Assembly: GCF_006345805.1 (NCBI RefSeq)
Contig: NC_043011.1
Coordinates: 24,254,464-24,318,463, forward strand
Source: Octopus sinensis
Lineage: Eukaryota
Length of the DNA stretch: 64,000 nucleotides
Reading direction: 5' to 3'
Below the pieces are notes generated by a model, which saw nothing but the letters and a program-made list of their open reading frames with translations, searched no databases and had not been told where the DNA came from. Numbering within the stretch: the stretch's first letter is position 1; each line of letters starts with the position of its first letter. The translations under genes were made by a program, and so were the position numbers. This document shows positions 1 to 14,600 of this stretch, piece after piece.

Positions 1-3000
1 TAATTGTTTAGCCAAAGTCAGCCCTAGTCAAGTAAATCATATGACCAAAGATGTTCCACTTAGAACCATCCATCTTTTTAGAAGTGTCTAGAAACATATT
101 TCCTAATATGACTGCCCCTTTTTCAAGGCAACTGAGTGTGATTTGAGGGAGATTTAGCTGCTATCTCTAGCATGTTGAATGACCATGTAGAAGGTCCCTC
201 AATAGTGTTCATAAATGGCTAACAATGTACTAGTTATTTGTTAGACATCCAAGCTGAATAAGATAAGTTTGCAGAAGAAATAACACTAATAAAATTAATG
301 ATTTAATACCAATTAGGGTGGAAATAAACTTAATGTCCATATAGGTTTCAGACTAAACCATTCAAACAACACATGTATCAAAACTGCAAAGGAAAACTAT
401 CACACTATTCAGTATTAAAGAGGGAAAAAATATTTTCATTAAGAACAATTCAATTAGTTGTTCTTGAAAGTATTTAAAGCTTTCTTAGAAAATAAAATGC
501 TACTCACATTTAGATCAACAATAGTAATTTAATATTTTTATTACTTCAATAATATTTTCAAAAATTGCCAAAGAAAAATTATACAGAAAAAGTGCAGAAC
601 CATCCAACTGAAGCAAGTGTGAACGAAATGAATTTAAAGTAATTTTCTTTTTTTCTTCTGATTTTAATGTGTTCTTAAGTCAGTTTGTATTTGCATCAAG
701 ATTTAATTTCATCAATGTAAAGTCACAATCCTTGAAATCTATCTTAATTCTGATCACAACATTGATTTAAATTTCTTTTTAAACTTTGTAGATTTCAGTT
801 TTTAAGAATTTGTAGTTTCTTTAATTGAACTTCCAATAGCAGATATATTTTTCTCTTTCTTTTCAATTCTTTGGACGCGAGTAAATCAATTATTTGTAGC
901 AATTTCAACTACCTTAGTTTCATTAACACTTTGATGGCAATTATTTTGAAAATTTAGTGAAGAAACTTTTTCCTTTTTAAATTTGGAAAATCATTAATAA
1001 AACTCTGATTCTGCTTTGTCTTGTTTGATTAAATTTTAAAATGATTTGTTTGAAAAGCAATTCCAAGATAATTACAAGGAGAGGCTCAATATTTTCTGAA
1101 TTCTAGTTTAAAATAATCTTCCTGCTCTGCCTTTCCACAGAAATATTATCTATAAATGTACTTAAAAAAAAATTTTCACATTTATGAAATAGATTTTGGT
1201 CAAGTGAACAGAGAAATAGAAAGTAACCCAAGAAGTCAGCACTTGTTTGTTTACTGATACTGTTATATACACAACCAAAACCTTTCAGTCCAATTCATCT
1301 AGCTTTTTAAGCAGCAGTTTCAGGAGTTCAATTCCACTTACAAGAAGAAAAAACAACTAGTTGTCTTATTCATGGGAAAATTAAATCTCATCTGCTTAAT
1401 GCTACAGAAAGCAGAAGATAGGAAAAAAACAGCTCAAAAAAGACCCTGGCTTTTTAGAAAAGATTACAGGCTTCTCACAAAATATGCTTTCTAATTTTAA
1501 CTTTATGACTATGATATATCTATAAGTAGTACTGTATGCCATTTTGCATTGTTGTCTGAAAAATGTACCTGGACAAGCTAAATATTTTATTCTAGGATTT
1601 TCAGATTTAGCTACCAAAAAGTGCATTAACAAGAATCAATTTGAATCAAATTTCGAACACCTGTAAACTGCATTTAATTCTTCTAGACAATTCTGTAAAA
1701 AGTCAGTATGCTAATCAATATCATTCTATGTTTTCTACATTGAAGGATAATTCAATTTTCTTTTCTTCAGACAGTACCTAACTTCTCTTTTGCAAACTGC
1801 ACTAAATCTAATTCCATATACAACCAAGTTTCTCCTGGTTTCAATCTTGCTAACCACCTCCAATGAATTATATAAAATCTATTTTTAGAAACAAGTTATC
1901 TAATTTCATGGCTTAAATTTCACTATCATAGTGAACTAGTTCTGATACTGGCAATATAATTACATAAGAGCATAAATATGAAGCAGAATGAAGACATAAA
2001 AATTACCATTATTAGCATCTTACATTTGAAAAATAAATCTCCGTTCTCCTAATGTAATTGCATGAATGTTTTTCAACAGCACTTTCTCCGTTACACAATA
2101 CTGGAAATGATGATTATTTTTTTTCTTACATCAGATTATGTCTGACATGCCAAGTACATTTCTATTTGATTTCATTTACTGTAAGATATTACATGTATTC
2201 ATATTCCTCTCTCAAAAAAGTTTCAACATCAACAACTTCAAATGTAATGCGGAACAAATCATTCAGCATCATTTTTATTTACCATTTAAACATTTCATTC
2301 GCTAAAATAGACTTATCCTGTCTCAGTTGTCATCAGCTAATATATCATTAATCAACTGGATGGAAAACAATTTCAGTATTATATTATTACTATAGATATA
2401 TAAAGCAAAAACCATCCATTTCTTCAGATCTTGGTATTGACAGTGCTTCCTTAGTTAAGCTTTCAACCATATTCTTACATTTGCAATGAAAAAAGATTCA
2501 TTAATTTGAAAAAGCTCCCACCTGTTTCAAGAATTTATTCAAAGTTCAACCTGCATCTGTTTAACAATTGCACAACCAACATCACAGCCACTCTAACTTT
2601 CTCACATCATGCTGTCTGTATAATGAGGGATGACATTGCATTAGGCATTGGATCTGCTCTTATTCAATTCCCACTTACCATAACATTCATTATTATTAGC
2701 CATTACCCTCTCTCACACTTATCAGCACCCACCTATATTATTCACATTACTCCTTTTCTTAACATTCATTGCTGACACTCACCACTCATCACCAGTACTT
2801 CCTTCTATCTGTCTCCCTTCAGTCACTCTCCCGCCTTTGTTGCTTTCTATCCAAACTTACCAGCATTCATAGTGTAGCTGTTTACTACTACCTTTTCTCT
2901 CTCCTCTATCATTCTCAATTTTGTATCATTATGGTTTTGTTTCCTTTCATCAATCACCTTCTAAATCTGGTTACCTCAGTCTTCTATATGCCAGGGCCAA

Positions 3001-6000
3001 GACAATGCTCTGACACTAGTGCATGAAAGGAGACAATGCTGGAAAAAGGAGCAGCATCTTGTCAAAGATATGAAAATCTCTAATACTAGTGTCATGATAA
3101 AATGCATTCAGCACACTCTTTAAAGTGATAGGAAAGGCATCTAGCCAGAGAAAACATGCCAAAATGTAACACATGAGTGCAATGTGGACCCTTGAATAAT
3201 CTACGAAGAAAGCAATTTTGAATAAGAACAGAGTTGGTCTGTGATGGTGCATCTAATCTATGCCAGGATGGAAAAGTGGACATGAAATAAAAACTAATCA
3301 TCTTATTGCATCTTCAATATCAAAAACTTAACTCCTTTTGAGATTCACTATTGGTAAAAATAAAACTAGTAACATTCAAAAATTGTATAGAAGAAAAAAA
3401 AAGAAAAAAACATTTACTCAAAGGAGCCTTACATCTTATTTCAGCTTCTCAAGAAAGCACAAATCCGTAAAAGGATTTTTCAATACAAACAGATAAATGA
3501 AGGAATGATATATTAAATGATATCCACAAAAAGGTTTTTGTTTTCTTTCTCCACTTAAAAGGAAAATTTCAATTAACTCAGAAATTTTTGCATTGGTATT
3601 CAATATTACCACTTATCCAAATTCATGCCACTGTCCCACTTGAGTTATTTCCCTTGGTTTATTTTGTTTCCTTAATTTTGCAAACTAGTTGGTAAAAAAA
3701 AATTCCATAACTTTTTTTGTGTAGAAACTTCCATCAACTGATCAAAGCTGGCTTGGGTAGACTATGATATGATGTAGACTCTTGAGATACTATGCTACTG
3801 AGGCCCAATAAAGCTGTAATACATATATAACAGACTCCTGGCCTATAAATAAAAATCAGATTTCCTCTTAAGCATAAGGATTCAAACAAATTTTTAAAAT
3901 CTCTACTCCTCTTTCAGAACCACTAACAATTACCATAGGCTTTTGTTTTCTTCCTCCAGGAGAATTTCAATTGAGAAATTCTTTTGTTTTTTGTTTTGTA
4001 TGGATATCATTCAAGACATAACCCTTCATTTTTCTCTATTGTTATTGATTTTCATTTTAACTATTTTGAAATAACATGCTAATCCATTATCTATAGTATG
4101 CTATACACATTTCAAATAATCAAACCATGTCAGAAAAATTATGATTAACTTAAAACTATTTGTTAATAATGCTACTACATAAGTGAATTTTTATTCTGTT
4201 ATGTAAAAGAATAATTTTACTCATTGGTTGTTATTTATATTGCATGCATTTGAAAAATAAGATTCTAAATAATAAAGAAAATTAGAAACTTGTGCATAAT
4301 ATTGTAAAGTACTTTTAATTAACATAATTCATAAAGTGGCAATCTCACAAATCACAGGTCATGAATAATTAGCGTACACTGCCATCAGAAATGGCTATTT
4401 TAATCATATTCTTTTACAGCTACAAAATTTTATTTTTCCCACCCCCTGAACCTTCCTTCTATGGATTTTAATTTACATTGTGCATTGCATGCACACTATT
4501 TTTCTTCTTCAAACTGAATATTTTAAAATTGATATTCATGTTTAAGATGGTGATATTTCAATCTACATAAAAGAAATATTTGAATTTAGGGAAAACTAAA
4601 TTATGAAAATTAAAACTGGTTTTCAGTAGTAATTTTTTTTTAGCTACTTTTCCATTTTACCCAAAGCAAGTCTTGATCAAGCAGACCTCTAAACAAAGCC
4701 ATGGCAATATTTTCAAACCCATAATGATTTACTAGACATTATATGTGTTCTTTAAGATAAAGGCAGAGAATTTGGCAGACTCATCAGAGCAGGAAAAATA
4801 CATTGCAGTATTTAGTTAAACCTTTCCATGGTCAATATGTACCAGTCATATACTGAGCCAATTCATACATACATACAATGCATTCAAAATGTCATTGCAA
4901 TTACAATAAAAAGCTAAGATAGTAGGGTGGGATTGGGAGGAGGAGAATGGACTACTCTTTTCTGCAAGTCAAGTGACCACTATCAGGTTGCCTCAATAGG
5001 TCATAAACTACATATTTATTTTATTGCAATTCTTTGAGATGAATAAGCTACCATTCACCTGCGTTAATACACCTATCATCAGAGATCCTAATTTCAACAA
5101 ACTCCAAATATTCTTGCCACTTAATGGTTTCCAATAATTTCAAAAGCTCAACTTCACTACTCTTAGGAGACAAATGTTAACAACCTTTTCATCTCAGTTC
5201 ACTGAATATTACTGTACAGCTTTTTAATTCAAAACAAAACTTATAGAAATTACACAAGTTTAAAATATAATAAAACGTAAGATAAAAGCTATAAAACTGA
5301 TAATTAAATCTGATGCCACCTATTAATGTATATGCATACACTGTGTGCAAACACAAGGCTATTCAAAAGCTTTGCGAATATTTTCCCCACTTACTTTGTA
5401 ACTCGTATCAGCTTGGTACAATAACTAGTTTTCTTCAGTAACTACATAAATGCCTTTTACACAAAAACACAGTAGTATTCAGAAAAGCAAATAATGTTGC
5501 CAATCACGACATGGGGTTTTGATAAAATTACTATAGCTGGCAGTAATGACAAAATAATAGCCAGCTACTACGGTGGAAGTGAGGGGGAAATGAAAATAGA
5601 AAACTTCTCTACAGTTTGAGATTTTGATTGTGATGTATTTATATTGATGCTTTTAAAAAGGCCTTAAAAACCAATCAATCATGTATATGAAATGATCAAG
5701 GAAAATATACAGCCTCTGCATTCCAGTGTTGCTCACTTTATTGATAAGCAAGGTAATAAATGCTTATAGCAGTAAAAAGAATATATTGTCAGTATTTAAA
5801 CCTCTAAGTTCATTTTTATCAAAAATCTGCAATATTATATATACCCTCCCCCCTGATGTCAGGTCTCCCTCAGAGAGCTATACTGACTATTTTCAAAAAC
5901 ACAGTCAATCAAAATTTAAAAAAGAAGCTTGTTGACAAGCCACCAACATTGATATTACCAAACACAGATACTGTTACACCTGATAGTAATATCTGTCAAA

Positions 6001-7344
6001 CAAGCATCTAGAACTGCATGATATACAATGAGGAAACACATTTATAAACACTCTTCAAATGGTAATATAAAAATAATTCCAATCTGACTTAGATATTGGA
6101 CCATATAGAAAGGGACAGTGAATAATCCACTGATTTAATGATCAAAGAGATTCATTATATTGCTTCAGAATACCTGTAATCATTAACAGAATCTATCATT
6201 TGGCAAATAAATCTCAGCATGTACACAACTTTAAGGTTGAAAACATGTGACACCAGAAAAATAAATAAAAAATCTCTTAAAAAATAAAAATCGATTGCCT
6301 TCTAAGAGAAATTGAGCATCTATATTGCCTTTTAGCATAAACAAATTCACTTAGCAACAACTGATGAAAAACAACCAATCTCTTCCAAAGAACAAAGGTC
6401 CATAAGGCTAGAGATCTTCAGTTTCAGCAACACAAATCAGAAGAGATGGACTTCCCACTGAAGAGGATGTTGGTCTATTACAGGTATATTTTCATGTAAG
6501 AGGCATTGAACCAGAGCAGCTAGAACCTACAGCAAAGATCTATTCCATCCATTTGTAACTTGGACTGCCATTAAGAGTTAAATATCTTGGATACATCACA
6601 AAACTAAGACACAAATTTCAGATTGTTTAAATGATGATGATGAACCTCTTAACCATCTGTGTTTTCAAAATTGAAGCAGAAGCCTCTTAACCATCTGTGT
6701 TTTCAAAATTGAAGCAGATCTTGTACAGAAAATTCAACTTCAGAACTCAGAGAAAAAAGTTGTTACCTTCCAAACACAATCTCGTGCTGTTGATAATAAC
6801 ATTAAGGAAAACAATTATTGGTTTCCATGCTCAAAGAATATAGGTCACAGCACAACTATGGCATCAACGATAAAAACTGTGCAGTGATACAAATCTTGTT
6901 AAAGATACTACAAAGTGAACAAAGTGAATACTGCATAAAGACCACAGGTAGCATTTATATCATGACAAAAAAGAATTGATAATGGTAATTGAGAAATAAC
7001 AAGAACCTTTACAATAAGCCAGCAGCAAACTTTTAATTGTTAGTTGTTTGTAATGGAAAGTATTAATGAGAACATTAAAATCATTAAAATAGACATTAAG
7101 AATAATTGTTGAATATTTAGTTTGAAAATGAGTTCATAAGAACAACTGTTGTTGAGTAATCTAAACTATAATAGTATGATAAACTGACTACAGGCGGAGT
7201 GGGTTTTGGAAAATCTCTAACAGCTGACTGTCTATAGGTGTTACTCCTTAAAGGTAATTTTTATCTACTAATTGCTTAGATAACCATAACTGATAGAAAA
7301 GTTTTTTGACTTACTATATGTTTGCAGTATTTGTATTTAGTGTC

Positions 7345-7740
7345 ACAAGTGTGACTGTGCAATTAAGATGCTTACTTCCTAACCATGCGGTCTTGGGTTC
7401 AATCCCATTGCATGGAACATTGGGTAAGAGCCTTTTATTACAGACCTGAGCCACCAACGCTTTTTGAGTAGATTCAGTAGATAGAAACTGAAAGAAGCCT
7501 TTTGCATATGCATATGTGAATTCTTGTTTTGATACCATGTGATAATTGTAAACGAGCAGCCCTGTCACACAAGCAATGTTGTTGGTTTCCAGTCTTCCAT
7601 GAAAAGCATGTCCGACCATAGGGAAATTTTACCTTACTTGAAAATTGACAACAGGAAGGAAATCAAGCTGTAGAAAACCTGTTTTGAAAAATTCTGTCTT
7701 ACCCATGCAAGCATGAAAAAGTGAACATTAAATGATGATG
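7345..7740 (+). mobile_element. tRNA-derived SINE, family B (decayed)
   Basis: tRNA-like head (...ggttcaatccc...) and gaaactgaaagaagcc body shared with many copies in the window. Confidence 0.7.
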
Positions 7741-8804
7741 GTCATGTGCAGAATCCTTTACCTGAGGTATGTTTCTTTCAGGCATTCTGTTGGACTGGCT
7801 AATTGGAATTTGCCTGTTGGTGATAGTGATGATTAAAGTTGCTTGGTCTTGCACATAAATCACTGCATGATAACAAGTATGTCATGTATCCCATGTAGGA
7901 CTTATGGGGAATAGTTCCATCATTATTTGTTTCAAAGATAATACTCTGAGTTACTATTCCTCACATGAATGCACTGAGTCATCCTTAAAGTGTAAGCAAA
8001 GCTAAGATCTGCTTGGAACTATCAAAGTAACCTTACTGCTTGAAGACTGAGAGATGCCAGCATCAATTGATTAAAATCAACTGCACTACTTAGTGCAGAT
8101 GGCAAATGTTTACACACACACACTAACAAATCAATTGATTAAAGAAATTTCTTCATATTGTCAAAAATCACAGTAGTGCAGGTGTTGCTAATTGTACACA
8201 AACACAATGAAACAAGACAAAGCATGTCTTGCCTGTGCCAACACACACCTATAAAAACTGTATAAAGGAGAAAAGAGGTTCACATTTGGTAAGCCCACAT
8301 TGCAACATTCTAACCACTGACCCACTGCAGTTATGTGCTCTCATATGTATCTGTCTTTTAATAATATGTTAACCAGGTTTTTTACTAATGCCCCTCTTTA
8401 TCTACTAACTTCTCAGATCCCATACAAGAGATGTTAATCAATGCTTTCTCCCTGAAGTTGCACCTCACAAAAAATGAAGCTGTAACACTAGAATAACTAC
8501 AGAATTAAACCATTTCCCTGTCAAATAGTTCCAAAAAGCTAAAGACAGTACCTGAAGAGGGAGGTAAAAACTTTGCATTTGCAGAATATATTTTAAAAAT
8601 CAATGAATATATAAATTAATCCTCCAAATATTTACTTCAGTCCAAATTGTTTTTCATTGCAACAGAAAGAAAAACATTATTACAATCCAGCTTAGAGAGA
8701 GAAACCTAATAGAATCATTGATGCAAACTAACAAAAGTAAAAGATGAAATTTTTGTAGTCAGAGTTACAAGTTATTTAAAAAATTAAGGAATTAATATAA
8801 TATA

Positions 8805-9022
8805 ATTATTGGTTTCAAATTTTGGCACAAAGCAGCAATTTTGGAAAAAGATAAATCAATTACATTGACCCCAGTGCTCAGTTGGTACTTATTTTATCGA
8901 CCCCGAAAGGAGGAAAGGCAAAGTCAGCCTTGGCAGAATTTGAACTCAGAACGTAAAGGTAGACAAAATGCTACTAAGCATTTCACCCAGCATGCTAACA
9001 ATTTTGCCAGCTCACTGCCTTA
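8805..9022 (-). mobile_element. tRNA-derived SINE, family A (MetaSINE-like central domain)
   Basis: Reverse complement of gcctttcctcctttcggggtcgataaaataagtacc core plus head. A related copy lies at about 11968-12172 (-). Confidence 0.8.
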
Positions 9023-11408
9023 AAGACATAATATGATTATTAAAATTCAAATAGATTAATAGTGGTTTGTGTTTGCATCAGTAAGAATCAATAGAGCAAA
9101 AGCAAACATTCAGTAAGTAAATTAGTTAGCATAAGGAAAGGAAATATCTATTTCCTGCAGATCTTCCTGTTATCATGAAGGACTATTTATGGCAAACTAT
9201 TTTTTTAGTTTTCACTTAAATTAGTAGGTATTTCAGTAGGTACACAACCTTCTCAGCTTGCTTATGAAAGAAATACCAATTCACTGTTTAAATTATGGTA
9301 AAAAAAAACAGCTTTCAAAAGATGGTTTTTAAAATCTTTCCCATTCACCTCAATACAATGCTGAAAAACTGCTAAAAATACTGGCAACATAAAATTTTAT
9401 ACAATTCATTTTATTCTTGTTCTTTAATTTATTTACTCTTAGAAAAATATCTTAATGGAAAAAAAAGCTGATTTCGGAAGTTTAAGAAATAAATCCCAAA
9501 CAAATTTTCTTCATGGAATCACTGATCTGCATTTTTAACTAAAATTCTTCTGTATATAGTTTCATTAGCATGCTAAGGCCACACAAATTTAATTACAAGC
9601 TGAAATTATAGAATGAGCCAAATTATATAGCTTGCATGAATAGTCAAAACATTAGTAATCAAAAATTGTTTGCTAATGTCATATTATATTTATGAAATCA
9701 AAAATGTATCTAAATTAAAATAGTATACTACACATGAGTTATAATTTGAAAATCAAACCAATTCACTACCTAACAAATATTGTTTGTAAGCTTGAAAACT
9801 AAAATAATGTTAGTTTCCGCTCAAAACACCAATTTAAATTTCCTAGTCACTTTTTAATGCAAACCAGACATTTTCTGGACTTGTAACCATTTTTGGAGTT
9901 AATAGCTAAGTTGATATTTAAACAAAACATTCCTTGAAATTTACATTCACATTGATTTAAAAATCAATGTGGTTTGATGAATTAGACTAAAAGTGTATTA
10001 TGGTTATTTTAGTTTTACTGGCAATAAGTTTTACATAAAAATTGAGAACATTTCAATTTAAAACTATGGAATTAGTTACATTAAAAATTTTAAAAAATAC
10101 TAACTTTATTTTTAAAAAGAAACATATATACATATCTGCATGCATGCACACAGAGAAAAAGTGGATGGCCCTTTTGCAGAGAAACCAGTCAATAAGTGAT
10201 AAACAATGTTAGATATTAAAAAAAAATTCAGTTAAAATATCTCACAAGAATAAATAGAATATAATAAATGGACTACATTTCCTAGAATGATATTTTACAG
10301 CCATTCCTCTCACCCAATGAAAATGCAACTATTTGTAACACCTTTTAAAGTAGATCTATTGAAAAATGTCAAACCATAATTTTTCATTCTTGCTAGTAAG
10401 TATATACACTTGTCTAATGATGTGAAACTGCCAACTAGCAATATTTCTTTCACTGTTCAAGTACTAGCACATCAATAACTATATATCTTAAGAAAGTTGA
10501 TTAATCACCTTCCTAACAAGTTGTTCCACTCATCTAATCTAGCACTCAAACCTAAAAATAATTTCAAAACATTACAAAATATGAGATGATAAATTATAGA
10601 AGTCAGCTAAAAATATATTGTTTTAGTTGTATAATTAATTTTCTAAATAATAAACATATATAAATGTCAATTTTACTTTCTCAGTAACTCCAAATAAAAG
10701 TAGTAGATTGCTTTTGATTTCTCCAAAGCTTTTCAGGGAACTATCAAAAACTGTTTTAGAAGCTAGAATACAATAGAATTTGTTGCAAATCTAAATCTTC
10801 CTCATAATATGATAAACCAGAAGCAAAGAATTTTATAGATCACAAATTTAGAATAGGAAGAACATAAGGGTACAATTTGTGGTCTATTTAACTTCAACAA
10901 AATTCATAAGTTGTCTTCAGAATCATCACCAGATCTATCAGAGACTTATTTGATTAACGGAACTAAACTTTCTAGTTATAAAGAAAATATTACTTGATAG
11001 ACTTTAACCTTGAAAACTGCTGTATCCTGAGAGGTATAAACAGGCTCTTATTTTAAACCATTTATTGACAATACCTAGAATATGCTCAAATAACATTTTT
11101 GGTTAAACACTTGTTAGCAAGTACATTACTTGATCAAGCCATATAAGAACAACCCTGAAAATAGAATTTCAAAAGATTGTTTTCAACTCAACCACTTTCA
11201 TTGCTGCAAAAACCTTATCAGCTGGAAGAGTATGACTGAGTCACTTCAAACCCTAGAATTGACAGTAGTGCAGCATGTTGAAATTTGAAAACATTCAAAG
11301 ATAGAAAATATAAAGAATAGAACCACTAACTAAACACAAAAGCTGTAAAACTGAAAGTATACTATCTTAAATTATAGCAGATTCTGGCTTAGCTAAAAAA
11401 TATTACAC

Positions 11409-11630
11409 CGTCAAGAGCCTTTCCTTCCTCTCATGTTTTGTACAAACTTAAGGACTTCAAACATATCAACGCTTGTTGTTGTTTTTTAATCTATAGCTTC
11501 ATTCCTTCAATATTTACTCACTCTTTCTCATATAATACTACTTTTATCATTTCTTTTAATCTCTTGTTTCATACTCTTAAATCTTTATTATCTAGATATG
11601 GAGGATATTCATCTAACTGAAGCTTGTAGC
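11409..11630 (-). pseudogene. Decayed internal exon of the minus-strand relic
   Basis: Bounded by tgctag| and |gtgtaa; 222 nt, phase 1-1. Reads YKLQLDEYPPYLDNKDLRV*NKRLKEMIKVVLYEKE*VNIEGMKL*IKKQQQALICLKSLSLYKT*EEGKALD. Confidence 0.5.
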
Positions 11631-14600
11631 CTAGCACACAGTATAGCAACAAAATTAAGTTGGATTATATCTTATTACTTATTAATGTATTCCATTAATA
11701 TTAAAGTGACTTAGAATTATATAATTATATACTTCTAAACTTCAAAGCTTTAAGTATTCTAGTAACTGGTATTTACCTTAACTGTTAAACAATGATCAAT
11801 TTGCAAAGTTTAGAATATTAAGTTACAAGAATTATTTTAAATGCGTAACTTTTCAGTTACACAAAACTCTTCTACAACCTTAAAGGTGGAAGATGTGATG
11901 AAATGGTCCTGGTTGCTCAATCAGAGTTCATTTGGGGTGAACAGCAACAAAATTACAACTATAAATTTATACTTTCTATTACAGGCACAAGGCCTGAAAT
12001 TTGGGGGATGGGGATAATTGATTACATTGACCCCAATGCTCACAACTAGTACTTATTTCATCAACCTCAAAAGAATGAAAAGCAAAGTTAATCACAGCAG
12101 AATTTGAACTCAGGATGAAATGTCACAAAGCATTTTACCTGACATGCTAACAATTCTACTAACTCACCACCTTATTACAATTATTAATTTATACAAAATA
12201 CTTGATATGGTTTCTTGTTTTAACACATTAAATTTACTACATAAAAATCTCAAATTTTTGCTGGATAAGCTTTATACTTATGCAGAAAGAATAACCAGTC
12301 AATCTAGCCCAATATATTTATAGTAATTATACTCTAATTTAAAACTATCTAAATTGTAACTAATTTCAAAGAAAAATTTCCAAGAAATTATTTGATAAAA
12401 TAAAAATATTCATACAATTACATACAATTGTTTTATTCACAATTGTTTAAAATGAATAAATGATAAAAGACAGTGCCCCAGCATGGCCATAGTCTAATAG
12501 CTGAAACAAGAAAAAAAAAGTTGATTCCAAAAATTTGTAAAAAAATGTTTCTCTAGAAGAAAAAACCTCAAATTTATATCTTGCCTAAATATAAATAATG
12601 AGAAAAATTCAGAAGTATATTAAATAGAAAAGTAAAAATATTGAACAGTTTACAAAAAAAGGCATGTTAAAATACTTGTACACACAACATGCTGAAATTT
12701 TACTATAAACATATTTGTTTATAGTTTGAAACAGTTCTATAACTACTATAGTTGCAGATATTTTCCGGTTAACTTGCTCATGCAACTACCACCCTGACAG
12801 CACAGCTACTACCAAGCATCATCACACTGTCAGCCATTTGTCATTCATTCAATCATTCCTCATCTCATTGGAATGCATTTAGATCTCTCATGATCTATAT
12901 TATGAAACTACACCAATCAGACACTGCAATTCCTTTGGAATGCATAAGATTTAAAAATGTGATAAATACAAAATCAATTGACTCTTTTTCAACAAACCAG
13001 TAGTTATCAATTAAGAATTTAGAAGCAACTGAAACAAAATCTTCAAAATATGTTTGATATATAAAATATATTCTAAAAATTTCTTCAAAATGAAAGTAGT
13101 GATTAAAAGTATATTAAAAAAAAAACAACTCAGAGAAATAGCAATATTTTTAATATTATCTAATATGACTACTGAATGTTTAATACAGTTCTTTTTCCTT
13201 ATTCATATGAAATAAATTACGCTTTAATGATTTTGAGTCTAATCTAATATTATAATCCTTAAATTCCTTTCCAAAGGAAAAAAAAATTGGGTTTTTTTCT
13301 TTTCTTTTTAGTTCAATAATTTTTGCTTCATTTTCATTCAGGAAGTATTTAAAGAATTTCGTCAAAGCACTAGAAATACTTGCTGATGGGCATAGCAACA
13401 ATAACTACAGACTTCAGTAAAAGGCAAACAGCACTAAGAAATACAGCAAACAATTCGCAGATAATTGGTATTGTTCTTTGCCAAATCATATCCTAAATTA
13501 CTATAGCTTCCTTTTAAATTATTCAAGACTACCAAGGAAAAAGGGATAAAAGTATCAAATAGGAAAAAAACAGAAACATTTCCTGTGACATAAGTTTGTT
13601 TTAAAAAGGAAATTTCACTGTCTGGTGAATTTAATAAGCCAGTGAATTGGCTATTAAGGAAGTGCTAGATTATTAAAGTATTTTTCAAACACATCTATAC
13701 AAAGATGATTTATTCATGACTTAGGAATTTTTTTTAAAGTATGTATTACATAAAATATCTAAATAGAGAAAAGGGAAAACAAAAGACATACAAATGAAAA
13801 CAGAACTCGTATTCCACTTTTACTCTTATCAGTCCACAATAAGAACTGAACTACTCTAAAAACAATCAATGAGACAACTGAAAAATTCCAACCTCAGTCA
13901 TGTCTATTAATTTCTATAGCTGAAAAACTAATGAAGAGCCAATATCAAAAGTAATTACAAAATCAAGTTCAATTCCCACAAGGCACTCATTTTTCATTCA
14001 TTTTCTTCATCAAATGTCTTAGAAGCAATATTTCTTTTTTTTTTTTTTCAAATTAAGTATCTTAGTGAAGATTATGCTGCAATCTGCTATACTTATATAG
14101 AGAACATAATATATAATGAGACAGCTAACTTCTGCAGCTTACATTCATTACAATACTTAGACAAACGTTTATAAACATTCAGTGAACAGCTGGTAGCATA
14201 AAGTAATCTATTAACTAGAAATATTTGTGGGTTCAATTTCCAACATTAAAAAAATATAATTTCATTGCTTAAATTTCCAAATGTAAGTTTTATATTCATT
14301 TTTATGAGTTGAATGGGTGTGCAATGCAGTATCTCACTATGCAGCATCAGTCTGCTTCATCTGGATCTGCAAGCTACTTTTTCACAAGAGAAAAATTTGA
14401 GTGCAGAGAAAGTAGTAATAGCTTGCATTAGAAACAGTTAATTTTTTTCCTTCTTCAAAGAGCCCTGCATAAAACATCAGAAAAAACAAACCTCCAGCTA
14501 TTTTTACAACTATCATTTCTAGCAACATTTTCCTTCGTTTACATTTACTCTAGATAACTCCCTCCTATACAAACATAAAAATTCCCTTTGTTTAATGATA

